From: Neoconidiobolus thromboides FSU 785
Taxonomy: Eukaryota > Fungi > Entomophthoromycota
Assembly (NCBI GenBank): GCA_025603075.1
Contig: MU626312.1
Location: forward strand, 51,851-115,850
Direction: 5' to 3'
DNA: 64,000 bases
Shown here: in pieces, positions 38,297-50,111 of the stretch
How the letters are laid out: each line of letters opens with the position of its first letter
Numbering within the stretch: the first letter of the stretch is position 1
Translations under genes and position numbers: made by a program
The notes under the pieces: generated by a model
What the model saw: only the letters and a program-made list of their open reading frames with translations
Database searches by the model: none
Told to the model about the DNA's origin: nothing

Positions 38297-38394
38297 GGGG
38301 GTGTTTTTTTGGCTTCATTGTTTTTTCTATCTTTTAAGCGCTATTTAAGTGAAAAAATTGTTAGTAAGATCCTTAAATCCTTAAATACATCCCC
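38297..38394. mobile_element. MITE family copy 11 (inverted relative to copy 10)
   Basis: GGGGGTGTTTTTTT...AAATACATCCCC with ATAT/ATAT flanks. Confidence 0.85.
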
Positions 38395-38444
38395 ATATGG
38401 TAAATATTTTAATAATTTAGGAAATATAGCAAGGGAAATAGGTT

Positions 38445-38907
38445 TGTGCAATATATGGGGTGTGAAATCTGGTACTCAGTGTTTGGAGTCAAAAACAGCT
38501 ATTGCTTGGTTGACTGCACTACCGGTCGAAAGGTCTTAGTTTGTGTGACTAAGATAGACTTGGATTATGAAGAATAGCACGTAATAGGCTACACAGGCTA
38601 TGTAAGACAAATAGAATAGACAATACTGATGTAAAATCTACGTAAGATACTATTAAGAAAACTTAGTGGCTTTATTAAATGTTCGAGATATCAGGGAATA
38701 ATTCAGTTAAATAGCCTCAAAATACCATACTCTGAAAAGTATAAATATCAAAATGAGAAGATAACATTCTTTGGGATAGAGCTAGAAATCCTCATAGCAA
38801 ATCAAAATAAGAGTTTTGGATTGATTGTCTCTGAACTCGAAAACAGAGCAACTTAAGTGGTTCTTATATTATAATCAATCATGGAGTTGAAAGAGTGATA
38901 TTGCACA
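38445..38907. other. Possible decayed transposon fragment or solo LTR
   Basis: Bounded by a 10-bp inverted repeat TGTGCAATAT/ATATTGCACA (TG...CA). Less AT-rich than the flanks. Contains a 73-codon stop-free stretch (38635-38853). No TSD found. Confidence 0.3.
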
Positions 38908-40843
38908 CATGGAATACTTTAATTAGAAAGCCTCAAGTTATTATATTAAAAAAATTATACTTTAATTCGGTAATTATACAAGGAACATGATAATACTTCT
39001 TTCTTATTATAGTTGCTAAGTATGAATATTAAAAAAATTAAGTTAAACCTTATACAAATAAACTTTAATAAAAGGATATAAATAAAAGAAAATAGTAATG
39101 CTTCTTTTTTGTTAGTATTATTTTTATATTAACATAATAAAAACAACTATATTTAACTAGTTTTATCATTATTTATAAAAGCTTTGAATTATTTTGTTGA
39201 TTGTAATAAAGCTTAAAAAAACTTACAATCAAAGTTATATTAACTAGGTTATTTTATACTTACTATATAATCTTAAAGCATTTAAAAAGTTTGAATAAAT
39301 TTAAATAAAAAAGTAGCAAATTAATAAACTAATCAATGTTTCACATTTTATCAACAATGTTAAAAATTCTACATTAGCATTGTTACACAATCTTTGATAT
39401 AAGCTATATTTTTAAAAAAGTTCAATTTTATTAATATTAATAAAATTAAAATGTTTTTCTTAAACTGAACTTTTTTTATTGTCATAAAATTAATCATAGC
39501 TTTTCAATAATAATAACTTTTTAACACTGAATTTTCGAATTTAAATACTGATGAACTATTACTTGTTACTATTTTCACTATTTAATTACTGATTTATTAA
39601 ATTAATCATAAAACATAATTAAGCGAGAATATTCTTGTATAAATTTTGTTTAAACCAGTGTGATAGCAAAACAATGGGTTTGGATAAGAAATTATTCAAT
39701 AAATTTCATTGGAATTTAATTAATTTACTGTAAATTGATAGCAAAGTAAATGTATTTTTCATTGCGTTCTCAAAGCTTAAAAACAATTGAATATTACATA
39801 TAAATCTCACGTAGTTTATGTACAAAGTTATGTAGGGATGTTGTTATATAAGGGGTATATAATGGAATGATATAAACTTAAAAATAAAATGCTGAAATAA
39901 TTCAAATATCAAATTTATTTTTGTTTCATAATAAAAATCCAGATCACACAATAGTATTCTCTAAGAAAATAAAAACAAGTTATACTGATATTATTATTTA
40001 TGAAATAGGCCTTATCGAGTATTCAATTTAATCGGTTTTACACATGGAAGAGCTCTTTTTACTTCACATTTTATTATTTTTAGACAACCAAAAGTTATGA
40101 TAGCTTTCAATGATTCTATCAAAATTCATATGCAAGGGCTCAATTGTTTCATTCATACTACATTTGATAACATCAAAAAATAGAGATTTATATTAAATTA
40201 GTCTTTTAGATAGTGAAATAATAGTGTAGTTTACATTTGATTGATAATGTTAAATATTAAATGAACATCTATGCTTAGCTTGAAGTAGTACAAAGATTAA
40301 AATGAGTCAACGCAATCAACTGATTTCTCACGCGAACTGAAAATTGAGTCATATTGAAGATTTATGAAGAATTTTAATTTTAAGTATAATTTATAATCTC
40401 AAAATCTATTTTAACATGAGTTTGCTAAATATTAGTAAATATTTTGTCAACAATATTAAACCTTATGATTTATAATTTAATTTAATATCACTAAATAATA
40501 GTATATTATTTTACTACTATTCATTATTCATCTACTTACTTTGAACCTAACTTAAACTTACTATGTCGTGCTAGTATTAAACATTAGCACAATGACATAT
40601 AAAATAAATAGAAATCATGCTAAAGAGAATAGCAATAGACTATATTTCACAATCAAAAATATTCAAGCTTAAAGTTATATTTATATTTTTTTCATTAAGA
40701 AATTAGAAATTCAAAGCAATAGAATAAAGAATAATTTAATCACGCTAAAAATTATTATCTAAAGTTATAATTTCTCGAGAATATCATAACAAATAAAATT
40801 GAAATTTACTATAATAGAGGCTCTCCTCTTGAAAAAAAGATCA

Positions 40844-40851
40844 TATATAAA
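40844..40851 (+). promoter_or_regulatory. Putative TATA box of S41 protease copy 1
   Basis: TATATAAA about 65 bp upstream of the ATG at 40916. Weak evidence in so AT-rich a genome. Confidence 0.35.
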
Positions 40852-40915
40852 GCGGCTAAAATAGATTTAAATAGGTTATCAAATTATTTTATAAAATAAT
40901 TATTTATTTAATACT

Positions 40916-42808
40916 ATGCAACTTAATTTTTTTCCAATAGTAACTCTTTTAGTTACTTTAGTATCTGGTCAAACCAACGTTGGAGCTGCTGATCCTTGTG
41001 CCAAAATTGCTAAAAAATCAGTAGTTAGTTACAATGATGTCCTTGCTTGTTATGATAACTTTAAATTAACTGATAAAGTACGTGATGGTGTTTCAGATAC
41101 TTTAAAAAAGATCCTTCCTTTCTATGCTTTTATTGATATTGCTAAAAGATCCCCTGATCCAAAAGTACCTAGTTATATTGATATTGAAGCTGAATTGAAC
41201 AAAGTCTTATCTAAAAAATATGATACTGAACGTGATTTCCAAGTCTCTATTGCTAAATTCTTTAACACTTTAGAAGATGGTCATACTAGATATACTTCAC
41301 AATGTTTCACTAGTTTCGTATTCAGACAACCATTCCCATTATACCCAGAAGAAGGTAAATGGGGAGAAATCCGAGTTAAGATCCCTCAAGGTTTAAAATA
41401 TACCCAACCTCTTCTTGATGCTTGGAAAGCCGCTGGTGTAGATGTGTTAAGCTATGCTGGTGCTGAAGTATTATCGATTGATGGTAAACAACCACTCGAA
41501 TTTGTCGAAGAGTACGCCAAACATTATGTTGGTACATCAAGAGATGTTAACTCTCGTATGAATTATGCGCTTGCACGTTCCATTCAAAGTAATGGTCAGT
41601 GGGGTATTAGTTATGGTAGCTTTGGTTCTACTACTATTCCACCAGTTAAAGAAACTTTAACTTTTAGAATTCGTGTTGGTAATGATGAAAAAGAAGTTGT
41701 TGTACCTTATATTGCTACTCCAAATGTAGCACTTCCATTTACTAATGCTGATTCCTTTTATAAAAACAACTGTGGAGCTGATGTTCCTAAAGCTGGTGAT
41801 AATAAAAATGCCAATGAACTTCAATTATTAGAAGTACCTGAAGTTAAGGAAATCCCAATTGAAGCCCCAATTGAATCTAAAGACTCTAGATTGATTGATC
41901 CTCTTTTAACTGCTGTAGTTGATGGTACTTACGTTAAAACATATATCTTACCTGATAATGTAGGTGTTGTACATATTTCTACTTTTTCAGCCGATAATAG
42001 ATTGAAATGGTTTACTGAAATAATCCAAGGCTTTAAAACCCTTCAAGATGAAAAAGTTGAAAAATTGATCTTAGATGTAAGTAACAATGGTGGTGGTTAT
42101 ATCTGTTGGGGTTATAATGTATTGGATTATCTCTTCCCAAATGCAACTACTAAATTTTTCAATACTGATATGCATTATTCTCCATTACTTGCTAAACTTA
42201 CCCAAAATGAAGATTATGGTTTCTTTAACCCAGGTAGCTACAATCAACCTGATGGAAAACCATTTGCTACTGAAAATGCTTTCACTGAAATTAAGACCTA
42301 TTATCGTGGTATTAACAGAAATAGTCAATACACTCCTCAATTCCAAGAAAAATGTGGTGCTAATCCATTGAGATCTTTATTAGTTAACAATACTCAACCA
42401 TTTAAAACTGAAAATATTGCTTTAGTTTCCAACTCTATCTGTTATTCTACTTGTACCCTTTTAAGTAACGGTATGCAAGAATTCCATGATGTTAAGAGTT
42501 ATGCTTTTGGTGGCCTTAAATATAAAGATGCTACTATTGGTTCCCTTGGTGGTGGTACTGTTTATTCTCTTGATGGCCTTTTAGGTAGCTTAGAATATTC
42601 TGGATTAAATAAAGACCCTGCTGCTCCACAACCACTTCCAACTAAAGGTGGTGTTCGTTTCACTGTTAGAGAATCTTACTCTTCCAGATTTAAGGAGCTT
42701 CGTCCATTAGAATTTACTTGGAATCCAGCCAAAAATCATAAAGCTTATAATGCTGATACTGCTTTCAATCCATACAAGGTCTGGGAACAGGTTGCCAAAG
42801 ATTTATAA
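40916..42808 (+). CDS. Secreted peptidase family S41 (CPAF/UstP-related), copy 1, intronless
   Basis: Signal peptide MQLNFFPIVTLLVTLVSG. Motifs LEDGHT (His), VVHISTF, LILDVSNNGGG, VSNSICYSTC (nucleophile Ser), GGTVY and FTVRE. Confidence 0.88.
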   Translation: MQLNFFPIVTLLVTLVSGQTNVGAADPCAKIAKKSVVSYNDVLACYDNFKLTDKVRDGVSDTLKKILPFYAFIDIAKRSPDPKVPSYIDIEAELNKVLSKKYDTERDFQVSIAKFFNTLEDGHTRYTSQCFTSFVFRQPFPLYPEEGKWGEIRVKIPQGLKYTQPLLDAWKAAGVDVLSYAGAEVLSIDGKQPLEFVEEYAKHYVGTSRDVNSRMNYALARSIQSNGQWGISYGSFGSTTIPPVKETLTFRIRVGNDEKEVVVPYIATPNVALPFTNADSFYKNNCGADVPKAGDNKNANELQLLEVPEVKEIPIEAPIESKDSRLIDPLLTAVVDGTYVKTYILPDNVGVVHISTFSADNRLKWFTEIIQGFKTLQDEKVEKLILDVSNNGGGYICWGYNVLDYLFPNATTKFFNTDMHYSPLLAKLTQNEDYGFFNPGSYNQPDGKPFATENAFTEIKTYYRGINRNSQYTPQFQEKCGANPLRSLLVNNTQPFKTENIALVSNSICYSTCTLLSNGMQEFHDVKSYAFGGLKYKDATIGSLGGGTVYSLDGLLGSLEYSGLNKDPAAPQPLPTKGGVRFTVRESYSSRFKELRPLEFTWNPAKNHKAYNADTAFNPYKVWEQVAKDL

Positions 42809-43730
42809 AAAAAGTAACAAATATATGTAATTAATAAAATCAACTCTATTGTTAAAGTTTTTTTTTTATAAAGTTTTAAATTAAAGTATTTATTCTATTT
42901 TTTTGATTTTTTGAAAGAGTTCAAATTCCTAAGTGATTTATAAACAAATAATAGAGAGCAGAATAAATTTCAATCATAAGGCATCTCTTTTTTCTTTATA
43001 AGAAAAAGTATAATAAACATTAATTTAATTCATTTGACTATTTGATTTTACATTCCATAAAGAGGAAAAGAATCGTAAACTACATTGACTCTTTTATAAA
43101 GAAAAATTTAATATAGGATCAAAATATATTTTTGACAAAAGTGCTAAACAAAGGTTCAGAAGAAATAAAAAAAAGTAGAATATTTATAAAAAGATGACGG
43201 TAAGCTCCGATCCCCATTTATCATCACTTGAAATATTAGTCATATGTATCATCCATAGATACTACTGCAAAATGGTTCTTGAAAATAAATGTCATCCAGT
43301 CCTTATCTCTTTATTTATACTAAAACAGAAACACTTTCTTATTAATGAATTCTTCCTAACCTCTTTTAAATCACAGAAATTTAAATCAGATTAGAAAATT
43401 CTTGAGGTGAGCACGTTTAGGCCAAAAACTTCTACCAATGTTAAAGACCTTTCCTCCCTTTAACTCGCGTTAGTGATTTATCATTTTATTGATTCATTCT
43501 TTCATTCTAAATAAACACTACCATAGGCACATAATTATAAAAAAGATGTCAGCAACATCAAGTTATTATTTGTGAAGATTGAAACAAACAAGCGACAAAA
43601 ATAAATACAAAAAATATTTAATAATTGGTGCTATCAAGGAGTGGTGGACAATATCACTTTCTAAGATAAAAAAGATTCTAGAGCATATTTGGGTTAATGG
43701 CTTTGTAGTTGAATCCAAAATAAAACATGT

Positions 43731-43822
43731 GAGGATGTTTTTTTTTGGTTTCATCACTTTTTTCATTTTTTAATCACTGTTTGAGCAAAAAGATTGCAAA
43801 TTAAACAAAAAAATACATCTTC
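43731..43822. mobile_element. MITE family copy 12
   Basis: GAGGATGTTTTTT...AAAAATACATCTTC with ATGT/ATGT flanks (a second non-ATAT target duplication). Confidence 0.8.
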
Positions 43823-44512
43823 ATGTACTAACTAACTTCCGAAGGATAGTGGGAATTTTTTAAAAAGCTTAAAATTTAAAGTAAACAGTAGTACTAGTGA
43901 TATCTGGTTACCAAGTTTTTTTGATAAATAAATCTTTGCATTTCATATTATATACTGTTCGATAAGATTATGTTTAATAATAAAATTAAAACTTTTATGT
44001 ATATATATAAAGTTCAATATAATCAACTTTTTATAAAAACAGCTTTATTTATTTATTATCCTTAGTTTTGATATTAATAAGTTTATACAATTATTTATAA
44101 TAATGTGTTGTAAAAAAAACATTAAAACCAAGACATATATTTAATATCAATTATTTTATTTCTTGACATTTTTTTTAGATATTGAATTAGTTGTATACTC
44201 TTTATAAAATACTATAATTAATCTTTTTTTTTAAGTTTGGACTCAAATTTAATAAAGTTATCTTCCTTCCACATTCAATTTTGCAATTAATTTCTATCAA
44301 CTAAAGATTTCATTGGACAAATTGATCCAAATCTTTGCAATCTTGGTCACATTAAAAGATATTTAAAAAAAATTAAATGTTATTTTTTTATTAAAAAAGG
44401 GAAATAGATAGAATCCAACAACCAAAAAATACATAATCAATTGAAACTTAATTATAACTTTACAAGCCAATATATACTAATAGCAAGATTTAAAAAAAAA
44501 GATAACGCAAAG

Positions 44513-45126
44513 ATGAGTATCAATATGGGATTATTATTTGCTGATGCATTTGAAGTGGCTGAAAAATTTGTAGCTTCATACTATGATATATTGGACAATA
44601 AAAGACTGGTAATTTCAAATATTTCACTAACTTCAATATCAAATAAGTTTTATTTAAATAATATTCAATAAACATTTTAGTCTTGGAACGTATTTTATAA
44701 AGAGAATTCGACAATGGTGTTTAATGGTAGCCGAGTTTAGTAATTGAAATGGAAACTTAATAATGAGTTATTTTTAGGCAATTTAATCAAAGGTTTAGAC
44801 TCAATAAATACCTTTCAACCAAGGGTACCTACTTCAAGAACTACGGTTTCAACAGTCAACTCACATCCACTTCCATGTAAGTTATTTTTTTAAACCCTAT
44901 CAAATTCCCCTTCAATTAATTAACAAAAACTAATATTTATTGAATTTTATTTTTAGTCTCAACGTATTTAAATGGCCCTTGTTGTATTCAAGTATTTGTA
45001 TCGGGTACCATTAGTTTTGGCGGTGAAAAAAAAGCTTATCCATTTTCTCAAATATTTTTATTATCCCCGGACCCTCAACAAGCTAACGCTTATTTTATTG
45101 CTAATGATACTTTTCGTTTGGTTTGA
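44513..45126 (+). CDS. NXT1: NTF2-related export protein Nxt1/p15
   Basis: AEKFVASYYDILD, MVFNG, VSTVNSHPLP, IQVFVSGTISFGG...FSQIFLL...YFIANDTFRLV, the NTF2-fold/NXT pattern across four exons. Confidence 0.8.
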
Positions 45127-45206
45127 GTATTTTTATAGTATGCAATAATGTTTTTTTAATATGTTATAAATTTAATTTTATATATATAATTCAATTTTTT
45201 TATTTT

Positions 45207-46280
45207 TTATTTAATAGATTTATTTAGACTAGTTAATGGCACATCTAAAGTAGATGAGTTTTGTGAATCTTTGGTTTGATTGTTATGATTGATTAAGTTC
45301 CAGCGATAATCCATGACTTTTTTTTGATTATTTAATTTAACTTGATGATTTTTTATTAACTTATAAATTATTAGAACGGCTATTAATAATAGTACAATCA
45401 TTATTGAACTCGATATAGCTATCATTTGAGTATTATCAATAGATGAATTAGGTTTGTTGTTAGGACTATCATTCGATGGGGTATTGTCACTATTATTATT
45501 ATTTATGTTATTATTATTATTGTTTTCGTTTATATTGTTATGATTATTATTGTTATCAGTGCTATTATTAATACATTTACCCTCAATTAAATTAAATGAA
45601 TCATCACAAGATAAACAAGTATAATTAAAATTGGATAAATTATTTACATTATTAAAGGTACAGGAAATACAATTTTTGGGACAAACTAAGATAAAGAGTT
45701 GATTAAGTAACTTTTTATAAATGAAATATCGAAACAAAGCTTACGATCACATACACCGAATTTATTAATTATTTGATAATCTCCACAATTATTAAAATAG
45801 TTACTAAATTGATCTTGAGTTATTACTTTACATTCATTCTTTTTTCTTATCATCGGATATTCAATTTGATCTTGAATTATTTTATCTTTACATAATAAAC
45901 ATTCCACTTTTTTTAGTCCATAACATTGATAACAATTACTATCACATTCTAATAAATTAGTTATTACAAATTAATATAGTAAATATTATTTATAATACTT
46001 ACTCTTACATGACCCATCTATAAAAATACCCTCATTGAAATCATTCTTACAATAATATTCAGGTTTTAGTACACATCCTTTATCCCCAGCTAATTGTAAG
46101 GTTTGATTATTATAACATGAGATACATTCACCACTGGGGTTACATCGCTCACAACCAGGTAAGTTACATACTTTAAAGAAAAGTTAGTTATTTTCAATAG
46201 TTAAAATAAAACATTGAGATTCATTTACAATGACATTCATTATCAACGGAAGAAAGATAAGAATCGAGGTTACAAGCCAT
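45207..46280 (-). CDS. Cys-rich (furin-like CxxCxxxC repeat) single-pass membrane protein
   Basis: Four exons in frame: CNLPGCERC...CISC, CDSNCYQC...CLLC, CPKNCISC...CLSC. Then an Asn-rich stalk, a TM helix (IAISSSIMIVLLLIAVLII) and a basic cytoplasmic tail. Confidence 0.65.
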
Positions 46281-46513
46281 TTTTTGAGAATAAATTTTAT
46301 ATTATGTTAGTTTCCATTGTATTTATAGTATTTTTATTAGAATTTAAAGAGTTATCGAGTTCTCTTTATAATTCAAGGTTTTAATTTTAGTTCAAAGAAT
46401 TATAAAGAAAATAGTAGCTTATAAAAATAGTAAATTAAAAATGGTGGTGAATCAAGAAAATTTAACAAAAAATAAAATTTTGTTTTTTAGTACAAAAAAA
46501 TAGAAATAGAAAA

Positions 46514-46571
46514 ATGTCAACAAATAATGAAAACTTAAATGAAACCACCAGTTCAATTAACAATGAAATTA

Positions 46572-46607
<36 letters not shown>

Positions 46608-47666
46608 GTAATAATAAAGCTACGTGTATCACAATTGATGAATCTACTAAACAAGAATTAAAACAACGAAAAGTTGGAGTAAGTGAATTCTGGTATAAAA
46701 AATATAGTAATGAAGCATCTAAGAATTGGTAATACATTCTATTATCTAATTTTCAATAACTATATTAACTAATTTTTAATCAGGGATAAATTCTACAAAC
46801 GTAATGGCGTCAATTTCTTTAAAGACCGACATTGGATAGATAAAGAATTTGAAGAATTAAATCAATTAATTAATAATAATGATAAAAATGAACAAGTAAG
46901 ACAAATATATTAATATAAAAAACAATTAATACTTATAATGTTTTATTTTTTCAAAATTAGAAAAGATATATATTGGAAGTAGGTTGTGGTGTTGGAAATT
47001 TTGTTTATCCAGTATTAAATCAAACTAAAAATTTAATCTTTTATGCTTGTGATTTTTCACCAAGAGCAGTTCAATTTGTTAAAGTAATTAATCTTTTTTT
47101 ATTTTATTTTATTTTATTTTATTTTGTCAAATCAATTAAATAACATTATTATTTTAATTTTCTATAGGAACATCCAGAATATAATCCAAATAGATGTATA
47201 CCTTTTGTATGTGATATAACGAAAGACGATTTATCTGAAAATGTCAAAAATGAATTAGATTATGTATCTTGTATATTTGTAATATCTGCTATACCACCAA
47301 ATAAACAAAAAGCCAGCTTTGAAAATATACATAAAGTAAGTAGCTTATATTAAAGTAAAAATTAGCCTATTAATTAATACATTCTAGGCCATGAAACCAG
47401 GTGGTAAACTATTCTTTCGAGATTATGCAGAATACGATGCAGCTGAAATTCGGTTTAAGAGTAGTAATAAAATCGATGATCAATTTTATGTACGCCAAGA
47501 TGGGACATTTAGTGTTTATTTTAATCAACATCAATTTCAAGAGTTAGTACAAGAGGTTGGGTTTAAGGTAGTAGAGATTAATTATGTTCATAAAAAGATG
47601 GAAAATGTTAAGTTGGGAGTTAAAGCAGATAGAATATTTTTACAGGCAGTGATAGAGAAGTGTTGA
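46514..47666 (+). CDS. METTL6: tRNA m3C32 methyltransferase (METTL6/METTL2/Trm140 family)
   Basis: KNWDKFYKRNGVNFFKDRHW, ILEVGCGVGN, YACDFSPRAV, MKPGGKLFFRDYAEYD, YVRQDGT, RIFLQA. Confidence 0.9.
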
Positions 47667-47732
47667 GAAAAGGAATTGATAGGAGAATAAAATTAGAATA
47701 TGATTCTGTTTAATGAAGTTCTTTTTATTAAA

Positions 47733-48488
47733 TTAATAATTTTTATTGATTGTTGATAAATTAAAATTTTCTTCAAATTTTGGACTGGTTATGTCATCAG
47801 CCATGACTCTTGAATAACTAGAATATATTATTGTAATATATAATAAATAAATAAATATTAGTAACTTACATATCCAAAGCAGAAGCAATTCTAGCTCTAT
47901 CGCTTTCTTCATATAACCAAATACCAAAGATACCATCTAAATTATAAAAATAAAAATTCAATAAAAAAATTAGTATTGAATATTGAATATTGAATATTGA
48001 ATATTTTATGTATTATTATTATTTCTACTTTATATTAAAATGATATTAACTTACTTTCAGGTCTTTTAACATTAATATATTCATTATAACTAACTTGACA
48101 TTCGTTACTCAAATAAAATATAAAATTATTTAAATTTTCCCTATTTAATATAAAGATGCCATAAAAAGGAGCTATTTTTCTAAATTATATATTATTATTA
48201 TTATTATTATTATTATTCTATTAGTTAAATAGATAAAATTGTATACTATTTTACCTCTTAAATAAAAATAACGGGCCACTATAATTAGCTAATTTCTACA
48301 ATGATAATTATAGTTGTATTAATAAATAATTTCAATAAAATGAATATGAATCTAATTACCCAACCAATTTGTTTTTCATCAAAATCATAAATAACGGAAT
48401 GCGAAGAAGAATCTAGTATTGCTATTATATTTGGATCATATCGTTTTATTACTTTTAAATTAAGGTCGTATTGAATTTTAGGATTCAT
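47733..48488 (-). CDS. DCP1: mRNA decapping cofactor Dcp1 (EVH1 domain)
   Basis: LNLKVIKRYDPNI..ILDSSSHSVIYDF...W, SGPLFLFKR..APFYGIFILNR, GIFGIWLYEESDRARI. Confidence 0.88.
47975..48004 (+). repeat. (TATTGAA)n intronic simple repeat
   Basis: Four tandem TATTGAA units inside a DCP1 intron. Confidence 0.7.
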
Positions 48489-48640
48489 TGAAGTTTCTGG
48501 TTTTTGTTATTTGAGTTAAAATAAGAATAATTATTAAATAAAAAAGAAAAAGAAGTGAAGTCGTCAACTCATTGAAAATGCAAAGTGTGAAGTCATAAAT
48601 TTTTTAAGTGAGAGTTCCATTTTTTTAATTTTTTTTAAAA

Positions 48641-49962
48641 ATGAGCAATAAAGAAAATTCAAGTAAATAATATATATCTATTTATTATAATATAAGATAT
48701 TAATAATTGTTATCTTGTTTTATAATTAGTATATTTACCACAATCTAATTATTTAGATAAACTAAGAAATCGTAAATTTAAAAAAGTAGATATTGAGATT
48801 GAAAAAGAAAACTATATTAAGGACAGGAATAATGAAAATAATCTAAATAATCTAAAGGATCACAACGATAAAAACAAGGATATTGATGACGAGCTGTTGG
48901 TAGAGAACAAAAAAAGTGATGAAAATTTGAAGAATGACAATGATGAAATTACTGATAGCTCGATTAATAAAAACAATCAATATGAGGATAATTTAAATGA
49001 TGATAATGACAATATTATTGGTAAAAGCGGTAATATATTTCTTCAAAATAAGAAAAAAAAGAAAAACTCAAGAGATAATAATAATAATAATAATAATCCA
49101 TTTATTAAAAACAATAAAAATGAAAGTGATTTATCGAATGATTTTTATGATGCTAATGAAAATAATGAATATATAATATCCACTACAAGTAATACCAATT
49201 ATAACTATAATAGTCCTAATAATAATCATAAACCAAATTCTAATTTTTCGAATGATAATAACACATACTATCAACGTTTAACTCAACTATATTATATCTA
49301 TAGGTAATTTAATTATACATTAATTTATTTAATGCATAATTAATATTTAATTTTAAAACAAAAGAGTACTACAATTAATCATTAATATCTTATTTTTAAT
49401 CTTTATATTAATATTAAGTTTTGTGTTTATTTACACTTTATATAACGACACTTACAATATTTATATATCACATCAACAAGGTAACTTCTTTTTTGATTAC
49501 TCCCACTTACTAATCCAACTTTTCTCTTCTTATTCTTTTAGCTTTAATTAGAGATATTTCTGTATCTCAAAAAAACTATATTGATAATCAATGTGATCCC
49601 GAATTACGTCGACCAGCTATGGAAAATATATGTGAGGAATGGAATAGGCGTAGAAATCAAAATCCAACTCATTCCATTTCAATTATTAAATTATGTTTAA
49701 TTTCAATTGGTCAATTGATAGATGCTTTTTTATCAACATTTAGTTATAAATCGATGGTAAGTTAAAAAGTTGTATCATTTGTTTGTTGTTTTATATATTT
49801 ACTGTATTATTATCTGTTTATTTGTTTTTATTATTTTATTGTTGGGATATACAATTTGAAATTAACGTTTTTTTGTTTAGTTTTTATTAGTCTTATTTCT
49901 TTTGTTTTGGATTTTGTTAAATTCGATGACTAAATTGGTTGGTTTACCACATGTAGGACAGA

Positions 49963-49994
<32 letters not shown>

Positions 49995-50012
49995 CTTGGG
50001 ATGATAAGATAA
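48641..50012 (+). CDS. BRL1: Nuclear-envelope protein of the Brl1/Brr6 family
   Basis: TM1 VLQLIINILFLIFILILSFV, lumenal NYIDNQCDPELRRPAMENICEEW, amphipathic IGQLIDAFLSTFSYKSM, and TM2. Five exons. Confidence 0.8.
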
Positions 50013-50059
50013 ATAAGAAGGAAATCAAAATAAAATAAGAAAGTTTGTATCATTACTAT

Positions 50060-50097
50060 TTTATTTTATTTTATTTTATTTTATTTTATTTTATTCT
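50060..50097 (+). repeat. (TTTTA)n microsatellite
   Basis: About six tandem TTTTA units between convergent genes. Confidence 0.75.
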
Positions 50098-50111
50098 ATT
50101 TTAATGTTATT

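Noticed and set aside
40916-42808. Bacterial horizontal transfer of the intronless, GC-richer S41 genes
   Set aside because: This S41 subfamily is widespread in fungi. The signal peptide and T/C-ending codon bias fit a highly expressed native gene, and lack of introns alone is insufficient.
43190-43480. Slightly GC-richer stretch downstream of S41 copy 1, possible pseudogene
   Set aside because: All frames are interrupted and no family is recognisable.
36000-44500. RiPP (ustiloxin-type) cluster around the UstP-related S41 protease
   Set aside because: No repetitive KR-delimited precursor ORF, UstYa/DUF3328 oxidase or tailoring enzyme is visible nearby.
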